From IMG/VR virus record IMGVR_UViG_3300010234_000033, positions 1 to 35,316 of that record: DNA of 35,316 bases; one strand, 5' to 3'. How positions within the stretch are numbered: position 1 is the stretch's first letter; each line of letters begins with the position of its first letter. A program made the translations under genes and the position numbers. The DNA is from a virus. Taxonomy: Duplodnaviria; Caudoviricetes. The notes beneath the pieces were generated by a model that saw only the letters and a program-made list of their open reading frames with translations, was not told where the DNA came from and did no database searches. Shown one piece after another: positions 8,141 through 18,004 of the stretch.

Positions 8141-8520
8141 AAAAATCTCCTTACTTGTAAGTGAAAGTGTGCGCCGCTTCCAGTATCATGGTGAATACAT
8201 ACTCGCGGCTTTATTTTAATATTTGGCATAGTCCCGTAAATGCTCCCATATAATTCATTAAGCTTATATTTAATTCTCTCAATATGGAAATCGGTCCACT
8301 TGTCGCTTTTAGTTGAAATATCAATTGCTCTACCGTCGGGATGGGTTTGAGATTTGCGCCCGTTGGCACCGTCTGTTATTGAGGTTATCACGATAGGTAA
8401 GTTGTTTTCATGGGCATAGGAGCAAAAGGATAGAAAAACTATAAGCAAACAAAGATCGACCGCCATTAAATCGCTTGGATTAACCTCTAGTTTATATTCT
8501 AAGTTTGCGAGTGAACGCAT
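8137..8520 (-). CDS. endolysin, peptidase M15-like zinc peptidase
   Basis: IVITS, S.TH..GRAID and HFHLQ zinc-ligand motifs. Confidence 0.75.
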   Translation of the reverse strand: MRSLANLEYKLEVNPSDLMAVDLCLLIVFLSFCSYAHENNLPIVITSITDGANGRKSQTHPDGRAIDISTKSDKWTDFHIERIKYKLNELYGSIYGTMPNIKIKPRVCIHHDTGSGAHFHLQVRRFL

Positions 8521-8750
8521 TAGTTACCCTTAAGCTCCAATTGAACTAGTCGTTTTTCTAAACTTTTTAGTTTATCTCTGTCGTTTTCCTGTTGCGTTAT
8601 AACTACCGCAACGTTTGTATTTAAATCCGCTATATTTGTCGCCATTGTCTGTATTTCTGTTTTCATACCGCTAACGAAATAGAGCAAAAATGCGCCGAGA
8701 ACCGATAACGTCGCTTTGAAAAAATAGTCAACTGTTTCATGCATTCTCAC
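8520..8750 (-). CDS. single-TM plus coiled-coil protein (holin/XhlA-like)
   Basis: ATLSVLGAFLLYFV transmembrane segment then heptad repeats; directly upstream of the endolysin. Confidence 0.55.
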   Translation of the reverse strand: MRMHETVDYFFKATLSVLGAFLLYFVSGMKTEIQTMATNIADLNTNVAVVITQQENDRDKLKSLEKRLVQLELKGN

Positions 8751-10885
8751 CTCCTCGCTCTTTTCCTCACTCTAAAATCTTTTTTATCACCTAGATTCCC
8801 CTCTTGATTTTGAGGCGAAACCGCCTTAATCGCTTGGGCTTTTCTGGCAGTACGCGAAATGCCTTTAGAGGCGGCGCCAACAAAATCACCTAGTCTTTTT
8901 TTCTCTTTAACCGCTGGAGATAATAACTTTTGAACTTCTCCCCCTGCCTTTGGTGACGCCTTAAACTTAGTCCTCATTGTCGCAGCCCTTGCTTTTCTTT
9001 TAGCGGCTTCAAGTATTGCTTCGTTTTCAACTGAACTTTTTAAAGTTTTACCTATGTCGGAGAATAAATTACTCCCCCCAGTGCCACTACTAGACAAGAA
9101 TTTTGAACCCGTCCTCCTTCCAAGGTGGAGGATTTCTCCAAAATCTTTCATCTCTTGAGGTGTTAGTATTTTTTTAGCTAAAGGAAGTTTAGCTTTTAAG
9201 CCCTTTATAGTGCTCCCAAACATTAAATCGTTTGATGCGTTTAGCTTTATAATATCATTCAAAAACGCACCTTTAATTTTTTTAAACTCCTCAGGGGGGA
9301 GGATTGAAGCCAAAACATCAATCGTTTCAGGGCTGCCGTTTTTAATAAGCTTAGTGTAAATAGATTTCCCGTCAGATGCCTTGTCTATTATATCTGAGAC
9401 TTTCGACGTTTGATTAAATAGATCCGTTAGTCTCTTATTATTATCGACTAATTGTTTTGCTATAGCGGGGTCAACGTCAACTTTAACACTTTCAACGATG
9501 GCGCCTCTCATTTCTCTGTATATTTTCTGCAATGCCTTTAGGTCGCTTGGAAGTTCGGCTGCGGTTTTATTTTTAGGGTAGGCAACTTTTTTTATCTCGT
9601 CCATTCTAGCCAAAACAGTGCTTAAACTACCATCTCCACTTTTTGCACTTCTTATAGCCTGTAATATTTCCTTGGCTTGACTGCGTGATGTTTTAGTAAT
9701 CCCCTCAACTACATTTCTCGAAGCTCTTTTTTCCAGCCTTGTTAGATTTCTTGATAACTTATTGAGAGATTTCTCGTTAAGGACGTAGCCGGGCAACATA
9801 CTATCTAAACTCTTATAAGTAATATCCACTTGGTTTAAAGCGTCATCTATGCCAGCCTTGAACCCGTCTCTTATTGAATCACCGGCCGCAAATACGTCTA
9901 ATGGCTCACCGTTACCTATCTTTTTTACGTAGTTATAAGATGCGTCAGATATGTCATCAATCGCACTGTTGAACTTTTTAAGCCTTGCTTCGCCTAATGG
10001 CCCCTCGGCTATATTTCTACCTCTTCTGCTTATAAAACTATCTTCTCCGAATTCTATTGCCTCTGGAAGAGACTTAGGGTCTATCCCGTGCTTTTCAGCT
10101 ATTATTTTAAGCTCTTTAAAGTCGTCAGCCCTGCTCGGATTAAAGATATTTCCGACTGAAGTCTTTAAAGCTTTTCCTGACTCGGTTAACAAATTGTCAG
10201 CATTTTTTAAGCGTTCGGCAGCTTCACTTGCCTTTAAAACAACGGGTGTTTTTTTAACCATGTCTTTAGCGGCGCGAGCAACTTTCCCCCCTGCCTTAGA
10301 TACACTTTTAAGCGCCCTGCCTCCAGCCTTAACAGTACCGCCTGTCACTAACGTTAACGGGTCGGCCAGCATGTCTACAGCCAATCCAGCAGCCCCGGCG
10401 GGGCTAATATCCAATGGGTCGCCTTTTTCAATTAATTTTAATGGCTGCTCTTTTATCTTAAAGCCTTGCTCTTTAAGTTGCCTAGTTACGTCATCGTCAA
10501 TGTTTAGTAATTGAGGGGATATATCAGATAGGCTTATGTTCTCGGGAACACCTGCCTTTAAAGCTATTTCTTTTCCAGTAGGCGCTAACGCCGGATCTTC
10601 TCCAAATTGTCTATAATAACCCTTTGCGGCTTCCTCTAATCCGCCGCCTTTTTGAAACTCACCAATTGCACTTCTAACTGGTGCGCCTGTGTACGAGTCG
10701 ATACTTTCGCCAATGTCTATAGCACCTTCCACTAATGGAGCGTAAAAAGGCTGTGATTCTTTTTCTTGTTTTCGCTTTTCTTTTTCCTCTAGTAAAGACA
10801 TGAACAATTCGCCGCCATTTGTTTCGACTTGTTTGCGACTCTCTTTTTCTGCCATTAATGCATTTAATAATTCATCACCTGGCAC
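8747..10885 (-). CDS. large putative internal virion/DNA ejection protein
   Basis: 712 aa, Ala/Gly/Lys-rich and helical; third of three genes after the tail genes, matching podovirus synteny. Confidence 0.65.
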   Translation of the reverse strand: MPGDELLNALMAEKESRKQVETNGGELFMSLLEEKEKRKQEKESQPFYAPLVEGAIDIGESIDSYTGAPVRSAIGEFQKGGGLEEAAKGYYRQFGEDPALAPTGKEIALKAGVPENISLSDISPQLLNIDDDVTRQLKEQGFKIKEQPLKLIEKGDPLDISPAGAAGLAVDMLADPLTLVTGGTVKAGGRALKSVSKAGGKVARAAKDMVKKTPVVLKASEAAERLKNADNLLTESGKALKTSVGNIFNPSRADDFKELKIIAEKHGIDPKSLPEAIEFGEDSFISRRGRNIAEGPLGEARLKKFNSAIDDISDASYNYVKKIGNGEPLDVFAAGDSIRDGFKAGIDDALNQVDITYKSLDSMLPGYVLNEKSLNKLSRNLTRLEKRASRNVVEGITKTSRSQAKEILQAIRSAKSGDGSLSTVLARMDEIKKVAYPKNKTAAELPSDLKALQKIYREMRGAIVESVKVDVDPAIAKQLVDNNKRLTDLFNQTSKVSDIIDKASDGKSIYTKLIKNGSPETIDVLASILPPEEFKKIKGAFLNDIIKLNASNDLMFGSTIKGLKAKLPLAKKILTPQEMKDFGEILHLGRRTGSKFLSSSGTGGSNLFSDIGKTLKSSVENEAILEAAKRKARAATMRTKFKASPKAGGEVQKLLSPAVKEKKRLGDFVGAASKGISRTARKAQAIKAVSPQNQEGNLGDKKDFRVRKRARR

Positions 10886-11903
10886 CGTATGCTCCTTGCC
10901 CTTTCAAGCCTAAGAAATAGTCAAGCTCCTCATCTGTTAACTCTTTAGGGTTAATTGACCCCTGCGTGTACAGCTTCTCTACTTCTTTATAATCTTTTAT
11001 ATTAGCCGTTCGTTTCGTAGGCGGCGCTTTAATATCTGAAGCTGCGGCTATATCACTAGGGTTGCGCAGCCTGCCTGCAATTTTAGAAGTGAAGTCAGCT
11101 TCGACGTCACCTTGCAACCCTTTCAGGTTTGTCATTATAGGGTCTTGCCCTGGGACAAAGTCAAAGGCTAGGGGGTCTTTAGCTATTATTTGGTTTAAAA
11201 TGTTTTCATCTGCCTGTGACAACACGCCAAGTCTAGCCATGTCTTTATATTTCAAAAGCAACTGCTTGGATAACTGTTTCCCTCTTCCAACGGCCTCTCT
11301 GTTAAATACTTCTGACCCGTACCCTTTTTCATAATCAAGCCCTTTTTGTCCGGTGCCTTTCCATCCCGAACCTTCGCGCCCACCCCTTAAAGCAATCATT
11401 TCGCCTAGTATATTGTTAAATTGATCTTTTAGCTCTGTCGCCTCTTTGATCTTTTTTGCGTCATCCCTTGTTCTTGCATACCCTAAAGTTGTTTGGAGAT
11501 CCTCATTGGTTTTAACATCGCCGCCTTGCTTAGCATCGGCCAGCTTGCTCATAACTCCGCCTAGCATTTTGTAAGGTTCTTTACTCTCTCCGGCGCTATA
11601 AAGCTCTTCCCTAGTATCGTCATCTAAGCTTAGACCGCTTTCGGCTAGTCTTTGCTCAATGCTAAAAGCTTTTTTCCGCCAGTTTTCACCTGTTCCGCTG
11701 GGTTGAGATTTTTTGTACGCCCTCTTCTCTTTGCGCATTTTTTCATCGTATTCTCTTTTTTCTTTTAGCAGTTTTGCTTCGTACTCTCTATCTTCTTTTT
11801 TCTCTTTTAGTTTACGGCGATAATTAACCGCGCCAGGTACGTCTAGCGTTTTATCAAAGCTGCGAATAAAAGAACTTGAAAATGAATCACCAAAATTTCC
11901 CAT
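10875..11903 (-). CDS. putative internal virion/ejection protein
   Basis: Charged helical 342 aa; middle gene of the trio. Confidence 0.6.
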   Translation of the reverse strand: MGNFGDSFSSSFIRSFDKTLDVPGAVNYRRKLKEKKEDREYEAKLLKEKREYDEKMRKEKRAYKKSQPSGTGENWRKKAFSIEQRLAESGLSLDDDTREELYSAGESKEPYKMLGGVMSKLADAKQGGDVKTNEDLQTTLGYARTRDDAKKIKEATELKDQFNNILGEMIALRGGREGSGWKGTGQKGLDYEKGYGSEVFNREAVGRGKQLSKQLLLKYKDMARLGVLSQADENILNQIIAKDPLAFDFVPGQDPIMTNLKGLQGDVEADFTSKIAGRLRNPSDIAAASDIKAPPTKRTANIKDYKEVEKLYTQGSINPKELTDEELDYFLGLKGQGAYGAR

Positions 11904-11910
11904 AATTTAC

Positions 11911-12642
11911 CTATCCAAAAAGACTACCGGCTAAACCTTTTCCAGCCTGGCCAGCAAAAGCTCCGCCAGCCGTTCCAAGTATAGAACCCAATAGATCGGG
12001 CTTTTCCTTTCTTACAAATTTTCGTTTCATCCCTGTGGCACCTAGATTTTGAGTCAATAGCTGATTAAGTCCGCTTAACCTATTTAACCTTTGAGTTTCA
12101 AAAGAATCTCTTGCCTGTTTTACTGCTTGGTTTTGAAGGGCTGGAGACATTGCTCTTGCTCTACTTGCTTGATCTCTTAAGTCAGAACCAGCGCCTAATA
12201 TAGTGCTTAAACCTGTAGACGTTCCACCTAGTCCCCTTTGAGCGACTAATGACTTCGCCTGCCTTTCGCGGTCCTCGGCACCGGTAACTAAGCCTTTTAC
12301 TTGCCTTTCGGTGCCCATTTTAGCAATTTGACGTTCTCCTGCTTCGTTAAACTTTTGTCCGCCAAATCTATCTATGTCACCACCTAGTAGATCGTAACTT
12401 TTACGCTGTATTTCCCGACCTCTTAAAGCATTTGCATAAGCATCGGGGTCTTGAGGTAGCTCTATTATTTTAGCACCACCACCGCCGGTTAAGCCTTTGA
12501 ATGCGCTTCCTAATGTTTTATCGACTCGACCGGATAACTTGCCACCTAATAGCGCCCTATCTTGCAATGACCACATAGGTGCCAATGCCAGAGATGGTGA
12601 CTTAGTAACAGTTTTTACAATTTTACTTAAAAAACCCATCAA
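11911..12642 (-). CDS. putative ejection (pilot) protein, P22 gp7-like position
   Basis: AQRGLGGTS motif and Gly-rich amphipathic C-terminus LLGSILGTAGGAFAG. Confidence 0.6.
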   Translation of the reverse strand: MMGFLSKIVKTVTKSPSLALAPMWSLQDRALLGGKLSGRVDKTLGSAFKGLTGGGGAKIIELPQDPDAYANALRGREIQRKSYDLLGGDIDRFGGQKFNEAGERQIAKMGTERQVKGLVTGAEDRERQAKSLVAQRGLGGTSTGLSTILGAGSDLRDQASRARAMSPALQNQAVKQARDSFETQRLNRLSGLNQLLTQNLGATGMKRKFVRKEKPDLLGSILGTAGGAFAGQAGKGLAGSLFG

Positions 12643-12974
12643 CGGCCTCCCTTAAGGTAAGTGCATACGTTTTTATCAAAATCATTACTTAATGAGTCGC
12701 AGGCAAAAGACTTTATAAACGCACTGGCCTGCTTGTATTTAACCTGCTTGTTTTTAGCCTTGTCTATTTTAGACTTCGCAGCCGATGCATTACTCACTAA
12801 ACAATTATACTCATTTTGAGTTAAGTTTTTTAAAAATAAAGCTGTGTTTGTCACGTCATAACCACACTCAAGGAAAATAGCGGGCAAGTATTCCTTTTTA
12901 ACCTTTGAGTAAATCGGGGTCATGTCGTATGCATATAGATTAAAACTGAATAAAACTAAAATTAATAATTTCAT
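12639..12974 (-). CDS. secreted 4-Cys protein, possible tail-fibre partner or chaperone
   Basis: Signal peptide MKLLILVLFSFNLYA; lies immediately after the fibre gene. Confidence 0.6.
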   Translation of the reverse strand: MKLLILVLFSFNLYAYDMTPIYSKVKKEYLPAIFLECGYDVTNTALFLKNLTQNEYNCLVSNASAAKSKIDKAKNKQVKYKQASAFIKSFACDSLSNDFDKNVCTYLKGGR

Positions 12975-12975
12975 T

Positions 12976-14010
12976 TTACCTTCTTTTTATAATTGTTACT
13001 TGAGTGTAAACTTCTGAGTCACCAAACCCGCCCGCTAGACCAAAACCGTCTACATAGGTCGTATTACACTCCTGTTGTATTTGGAAAACCTTACTTGCAG
13101 TTATTGTAAAAACACCTTCAATTATCGAGTCAGTTTGTGAACAGTTCGTGACTGTGTTGGGACAAAAAGCGTTAGAACCTAAAATGGTAGTTGTTGCATC
13201 ACTAGTGTTTTGAAGTCGAGCATGATGTTGTGCCACAAAATAACCAGGGACACGTGCCTTTAAATAATACTCGCCGGCCTCAAGTGTAAATTGATTACTT
13301 GCAAGGGTCGCAAAAGCAGCTCCCGAAGCAGCGTTTAAATCTCTAGTTCTCCAAGCCCCACTATTACATTGCCCACCGCTGGTGCTATTAGCTTTTTGGT
13401 CTGAAATAAAAACAATCTCATCGCCTTTAGCGCCTACTATTTCCCAGTTTGAGTTATCACTTACAACCTCAATGGCCGTATCTTGCCCGTAAATATTGTA
13501 AGTTGTGAAACCGTCTATTGTTTCACTTCCGTCTGGGTCTAAAATAACCGGTCTACTGTCGTCAGTGCCGATTGATTTGATTTTATATCTTTTACCTTGA
13601 ACACCTACCGCTGTTGGGAGTGTTAAAGTAAAACTAGCACTAGTCGGGTCTGCTAAAACAATGTCGTCGCTGGTGGTCAGTGTATAATCTCCGGTTTTTG
13701 AAACAACCGCGCCACTCATGGCACCACTTGCAACCTTAGCAAAAGTCACTGAATTGTCAGCTAATTGAGCTGTGTCAACTGCACCGTTTTCCAATCCCGC
13801 GCCCTCAATAGTTCCATCGGTTATACACCCGCCGTCTAAATTTCCATTAAGCCTATTATAAACCGTGTTTAAATCACCATTGTATTTAGTAGAAGTTAAA
13901 ACCGAGTTAGCACTGACATTAGTCCTAGAATCGGCCGTACAAGTTCCGGCGTTAGCTTCAAAAGCTATTAGAAAAATTAAACTAGTTAGGATTGCCATTT
14001 TTTTGAACAT
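12976..14010 (-). CDS. tail fibre/spike-like protein with an N-terminal Sec signal peptide
   Basis: MFKKMAILTSLIFLIAFEANA leader; AVDTAQLADNSVTFAKVA repeats; SKTGDYTL...FTLTLPTA...IDG domain; beta-sandwich C-terminus; GAGGGG RBS. Confidence 0.7.
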   Translation of the reverse strand: MFKKMAILTSLIFLIAFEANAGTCTADSRTNVSANSVLTSTKYNGDLNTVYNRLNGNLDGGCITDGTIEGAGLENGAVDTAQLADNSVTFAKVASGAMSGAVVSKTGDYTLTTSDDIVLADPTSASFTLTLPTAVGVQGKRYKIKSIGTDDSRPVILDPDGSETIDGFTTYNIYGQDTAIEVVSDNSNWEIVGAKGDEIVFISDQKANSTSGGQCNSGAWRTRDLNAASGAAFATLASNQFTLEAGEYYLKARVPGYFVAQHHARLQNTSDATTTILGSNAFCPNTVTNCSQTDSIIEGVFTITASKVFQIQQECNTTYVDGFGLAGGFGDSEVYTQVTIIKRR

Positions 14011-15886
14011 CTATTTGCCCCTCTATAAGAGAAATACTTTCGTTTTCTGCATTTTTGTAAAACCCGAGTAATAATGATTGACCTGATTTGAAAATTTCAC
14101 CTATGTACCTTACAATGGTTCTACCGTCCGACAAAATATTCTCATCTAATTTTGACACGTCTAAAATAAAACCCGTTGTTGGATTCGAGAACTCAAAATC
14201 ATTTTCATATACCGTTTGCAGGTCATAATCTAAAAATGTTTTTACCGTTATTTCGGTTTGAGATGAGAGCGCCCTAATTATTAAAGGGCCAAAATTATAA
14301 CTTGCATCTAAATCATTGCCATTAGTCCACCATAATAAACAAAAAGCATCAATATTCTCGTTTGCGTTATCAATATCAATATCAGTTAAATCATTTTTGA
14401 TTGAATACTCATAAATATACCCGCCCTGACCTGCTAGATAGACAACCTCTTCGCCGTCTGTGTCTAGCCCTAAAGCGCCGTCAGTAAAGGATAGGCTAAA
14501 TTGATAGGGTCTAAAACCGCCTATCTCAAACTCGTAGTTATAGGCCTTAGAAATTGAAGTGTTAGAACCTTCACTTATAAAAGTCATATAATGATCTAAA
14601 GTCGGATAATAGACGCTAAAAAAATTGTCGTAGTTAGATTTATTTAGCTCGTAGACATAACCGTTTCGAGTAAAAATGTCGTCAATGTCGCCCATTGCTA
14701 AAGTAATTGGTTTATTTCCCTTTTCAACTAAGCGACCGTTAACAATTACACGCCAACCCTTAGAACTTAAAAAATAAATATTTCCATTAACAACCTGAAT
14801 GCTGTCATGCGAAACACAACCGACATCGGCACTAATTATCGACTTCGATGCAACGCCGCCGACCTCACTGTAAAGCTCTATTCTATTTCGCTTAAAGCCC
14901 ACTAGATACGGATCTAAATTTGAATCATTGAAAAACCCAACTGCAATGCCTGTAATTGGACCCTCACCACCAATAACCACAACTGTTCTGGTTAAGGTAC
15001 CGTCAAAAGCGTCAGGTATATACTCTTCACTTAAAAATATCTCAGAGGCGCTGGCCGTATTCCCAGCCGTTGCCAACTTGTTACCGTAAACGGCCAAATA
15101 TTTAGCGCCGCCTGCTATATGTTTAGCGTTTTTAGTAGGTGGAGCAAGTGTGCTAGACGGGTCGTCGTCAATAGTATCTGTTGTTGTTGCAAGTGCTATT
15201 TCTGCCCAAAAAACCCAGTCACCACCGCTGCCAACGTCTTTTAGGTATATTCTTTTTTTGTCTATATTTGAATTGCTGGCACTTGTAGGAATCGCGCTAA
15301 CGTCTATCTGCTCGCCTGTCCCTGTTATTGTAACTGTTGAGCTGGTTGTACCTATATTGGTTTCAAACCCATTTGTTGAATCGTAAAAAGTAATTGCCAC
15401 TTGGTAGGTGGACGCCGAAAGGGTGTTACCCGAACCACTTACACCAACCGTTACTCCGCCTGGGGCATCCTCACCTAGTTGCGTGAACGTGCTCCCATTG
15501 TATTGAAAAAGCCCGTCGCTTCCAATTGCAATTATATGTCGTATGTTATTAGCATTCCCAAAGGCAACGCCTCGGTGCTTATTTGCAGCGGTTAAGCCTG
15601 TTTTTAAGCTAGTGTGTGCTCCTGTGGCATTTGCCTTATATAAAACTGTTTGATCTTTTGCGAGTAGGTAAGAATTGCTTGAATTATCTCTAAAATAACT
15701 TATAGAGTTTGGAGCTTCACTAAAAGCGGTTGCGTTAAATCTAACTAAACCGGGTCTAGTCTCTAATATATCCCCATTACTATAGACGTTTTTAGCGTCT
15801 AGCATTCGGTCTTGAGCGTCTGCCTTGTAACTTACAGGCATGTTAAAGCGTTTAATGTTTTTTTGTGCTCTAAGCCTTAAAGGCAT
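13982..15886 (-). CDS. tail nozzle/DNA stabilisation protein (P22 gp10 / T7 gp12-like position)
   Basis: 634 aa, beta-rich; LETRPG near the N-terminus; VGCVSHDSI...IYFLSSKG propeller-like blades; follows the adaptor. Confidence 0.7.
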   Translation of the reverse strand: MPLRLRAQKNIKRFNMPVSYKADAQDRMLDAKNVYSNGDILETRPGLVRFNATAFSEAPNSISYFRDNSSNSYLLAKDQTVLYKANATGAHTSLKTGLTAANKHRGVAFGNANNIRHIIAIGSDGLFQYNGSTFTQLGEDAPGGVTVGVSGSGNTLSASTYQVAITFYDSTNGFETNIGTTSSTVTITGTGEQIDVSAIPTSASNSNIDKKRIYLKDVGSGGDWVFWAEIALATTTDTIDDDPSSTLAPPTKNAKHIAGGAKYLAVYGNKLATAGNTASASEIFLSEEYIPDAFDGTLTRTVVVIGGEGPITGIAVGFFNDSNLDPYLVGFKRNRIELYSEVGGVASKSIISADVGCVSHDSIQVVNGNIYFLSSKGWRVIVNGRLVEKGNKPITLAMGDIDDIFTRNGYVYELNKSNYDNFFSVYYPTLDHYMTFISEGSNTSISKAYNYEFEIGGFRPYQFSLSFTDGALGLDTDGEEVVYLAGQGGYIYEYSIKNDLTDIDIDNANENIDAFCLLWWTNGNDLDASYNFGPLIIRALSSQTEITVKTFLDYDLQTVYENDFEFSNPTTGFILDVSKLDENILSDGRTIVRYIGEIFKSGQSLLLGFYKNAENESISLIEGQIDVQKNGNPN

Positions 15887-18004
15887 TTAGACCTCCCAAC
15901 CATACGTGTCGCCATTAACATCTCTAACGGCAGTAGGTTTTCCGCGCTGCCTACGTGCCTTTGCTTGTAACTGCTTTTTAAATAACTCGTAATTGTTTAA
16001 TTTAGTTTGAACGCCGTTTCGGTCTTTATATTCATAACCTTTCCACACAACACCCTCAAAAAGTGCTTTTTCCCATGACTTCGGAGCGTCTATATCTAAA
16101 TCTGATACATAAACCGTTTTATGCGGTCGTCGATAGATCCAATAGCTTAAAGTTCTTTGAGCATCGGTAGCACCGGAGCTTAATTGTGGATAGAGTAAAA
16201 TGCTAGTCTCACCTATAAAGTCATAGGAATAAGGCGAGGTGCTTTCACTTGAGTTTGGATCTGCACGTCTAACCTTATTTGAACTCTCTCTCACTAGAAA
16301 CTTGTTACCACTTTCAAGATAAGGGTGCTCGCTAGAAAGTTGGTCTATTTCTGATACGTCAGGAGGAGTTAAAACAGAGGTTGGGTCACTTGAAATTGTG
16401 TAAGTTGTAGTTGTGTTATCTTCAAGATTTGCCACAAAAAACGGTTCTCCAAAATCAGTATCAGTGCTTGATTTTTTGGCCATGTAAAGACTTCTGTAAA
16501 TAACCGAAGGTTCAACGGTAGTATCACCACCAAAAACCGGAATACTTGTAACTGCCAATGATTGAACATCAAAATCAGCATTAACCTCACCAGAGGCGAC
16601 ACTTGCTTGTGACTCAACGTGTGAACTACACTCACCATCAAATATCTTATAGGTCACGTAAACTTTATAGTCTGAAAAAGTTACCCCGTCCCCGACATCA
16701 CTTAGTGAAACACTTGTTAAAGTCGGAGTCGCTTGATCGTCTGTAGTGTTTAAAAATGCCACCACCAGCACCGTAGAACTAACGGTTAACAAGGCCATTG
16801 CATTAGTGTTAATTTCAGCCGCCGTGTTGGCCTGTGCGTATGTCCCGTCAGAGTTAGACCATGCGCTACCGTCCCAATATTTATTTTGAGCGTCCACGTT
16901 TAAAATGTATTTAATTTCGGTCCCTGTCGGTTTTGATGCACTCTCTGAGAACGCCGATAACTCACCAACTGTGAATCCAGTATCTAAAGTTATAGACGGA
17001 CTAGAAGTCGCATAGACCGGAGGAGGTGCCGTTGTATAACTAGCCCCTGTATTTTGGACAGTGTTAAAAATTTGAATATTGCTAACCCACGCCTCGATTG
17101 TCGCTGTTATAGCGGTAGCATAGTCAGCACCAACTCTTAAATATCCCGTATTGTCACTTCTAGTGCCTGGTGAGCTAGTAGCGGTAGCACCGACCTTGGA
17201 ACCGTCAATATAACACCTATATTCTCCATTAGTAGTATCGAAGCTCATTTCTATTTTGTACGTTTGAAGCGCCGTAGGATTAAAGGCAAAATTTGCCGTA
17301 GTTATCAAACCGCCTGAACTAGTATAAAGCTTTATAGATAACCCAGCCGCCCCGTGTGATAACCTTAATAGATTGTTAGTCCCATTAACCGCGCTAGACG
17401 TACTAAAAATATATTTATCAGAACCAGGGTCCCCACTATATTGGGGGGTGTAATCAAATCTAAATGTCCCCGTATTTGCAAAATCTAAAACATCTCCATT
17501 GTATTGAGCATATTGCTGAGTCCCACCAGCTAGTTTTAGATAATTATCCTCAACTGTCGGGGATGGTGTCCCGTTTAATGAAGCTGTATTTGTTCCAATA
17601 CTAATATCGGCATTCCCATTACTTGTTAAAAATGTGTTTCTAAATGTTTCGGCAGTGACTAGTTCTTTTCCTAGATACGCCGTTGTTGAATTAAATAAAA
17701 TCTTAGCACTGTCATAGGTATAATCACTCGCTGACGTGGTGTTGTAATCCAAGCTTGTACTTGTCGAAGTTAGCGCGACAGAGGGCGCGGTGGGTATTTC
17801 AGGACATAAATTAATTATCTCCTGTTGTGTAGGTAAAAGCTTTTTAAGCTTAAATTTATAATGCCCTAAAGGTAGTTCGCTAGACATGTCGGCTAAAATC
17901 TCATCGACCCATACCGCTATTCTCGCTTTACTAGAATCACTCGTGTCCCACAACCTAGTCGCCAATCGGTCAATAAAAGATTTCATAGTCCAACGCATTG
18001 TCAT
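15887..18004 (-). CDS. head-tail adaptor with large inserted beta domains including a LamG/ConA-like domain
   Basis: Helical N-terminus and LLYP...YWIYRRP...APKSWEKALFEGVVW C-terminus are adaptor-like; the central region with YRCYIDG and LRVG is LamG-like. Confidence 0.65.
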   Translation of the reverse strand: MTMRWTMKSFIDRLATRLWDTSDSSKARIAVWVDEILADMSSELPLGHYKFKLKKLLPTQQEIINLCPEIPTAPSVALTSTSTSLDYNTTSASDYTYDSAKILFNSTTAYLGKELVTAETFRNTFLTSNGNADISIGTNTASLNGTPSPTVEDNYLKLAGGTQQYAQYNGDVLDFANTGTFRFDYTPQYSGDPGSDKYIFSTSSAVNGTNNLLRLSHGAAGLSIKLYTSSGGLITTANFAFNPTALQTYKIEMSFDTTNGEYRCYIDGSKVGATATSSPGTRSDNTGYLRVGADYATAITATIEAWVSNIQIFNTVQNTGASYTTAPPPVYATSSPSITLDTGFTVGELSAFSESASKPTGTEIKYILNVDAQNKYWDGSAWSNSDGTYAQANTAAEINTNAMALLTVSSTVLVVAFLNTTDDQATPTLTSVSLSDVGDGVTFSDYKVYVTYKIFDGECSSHVESQASVASGEVNADFDVQSLAVTSIPVFGGDTTVEPSVIYRSLYMAKKSSTDTDFGEPFFVANLEDNTTTTYTISSDPTSVLTPPDVSEIDQLSSEHPYLESGNKFLVRESSNKVRRADPNSSESTSPYSYDFIGETSILLYPQLSSGATDAQRTLSYWIYRRPHKTVYVSDLDIDAPKSWEKALFEGVVWKGYEYKDRNGVQTKLNNYELFKKQLQAKARRQRGKPTAVRDVNGDTYGWEV

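Noticed and set aside
9951-10514. 187-aa + strand ORF and other antisense ORFs (e.g. 3964-4266, 4778-5077, 11062-11334, 29728-30078, 32631-32879)
   Set aside because: They lie wholly opposite well-supported genes, are Ser/Leu/Phe-rich shadow frames and lack RBSs.
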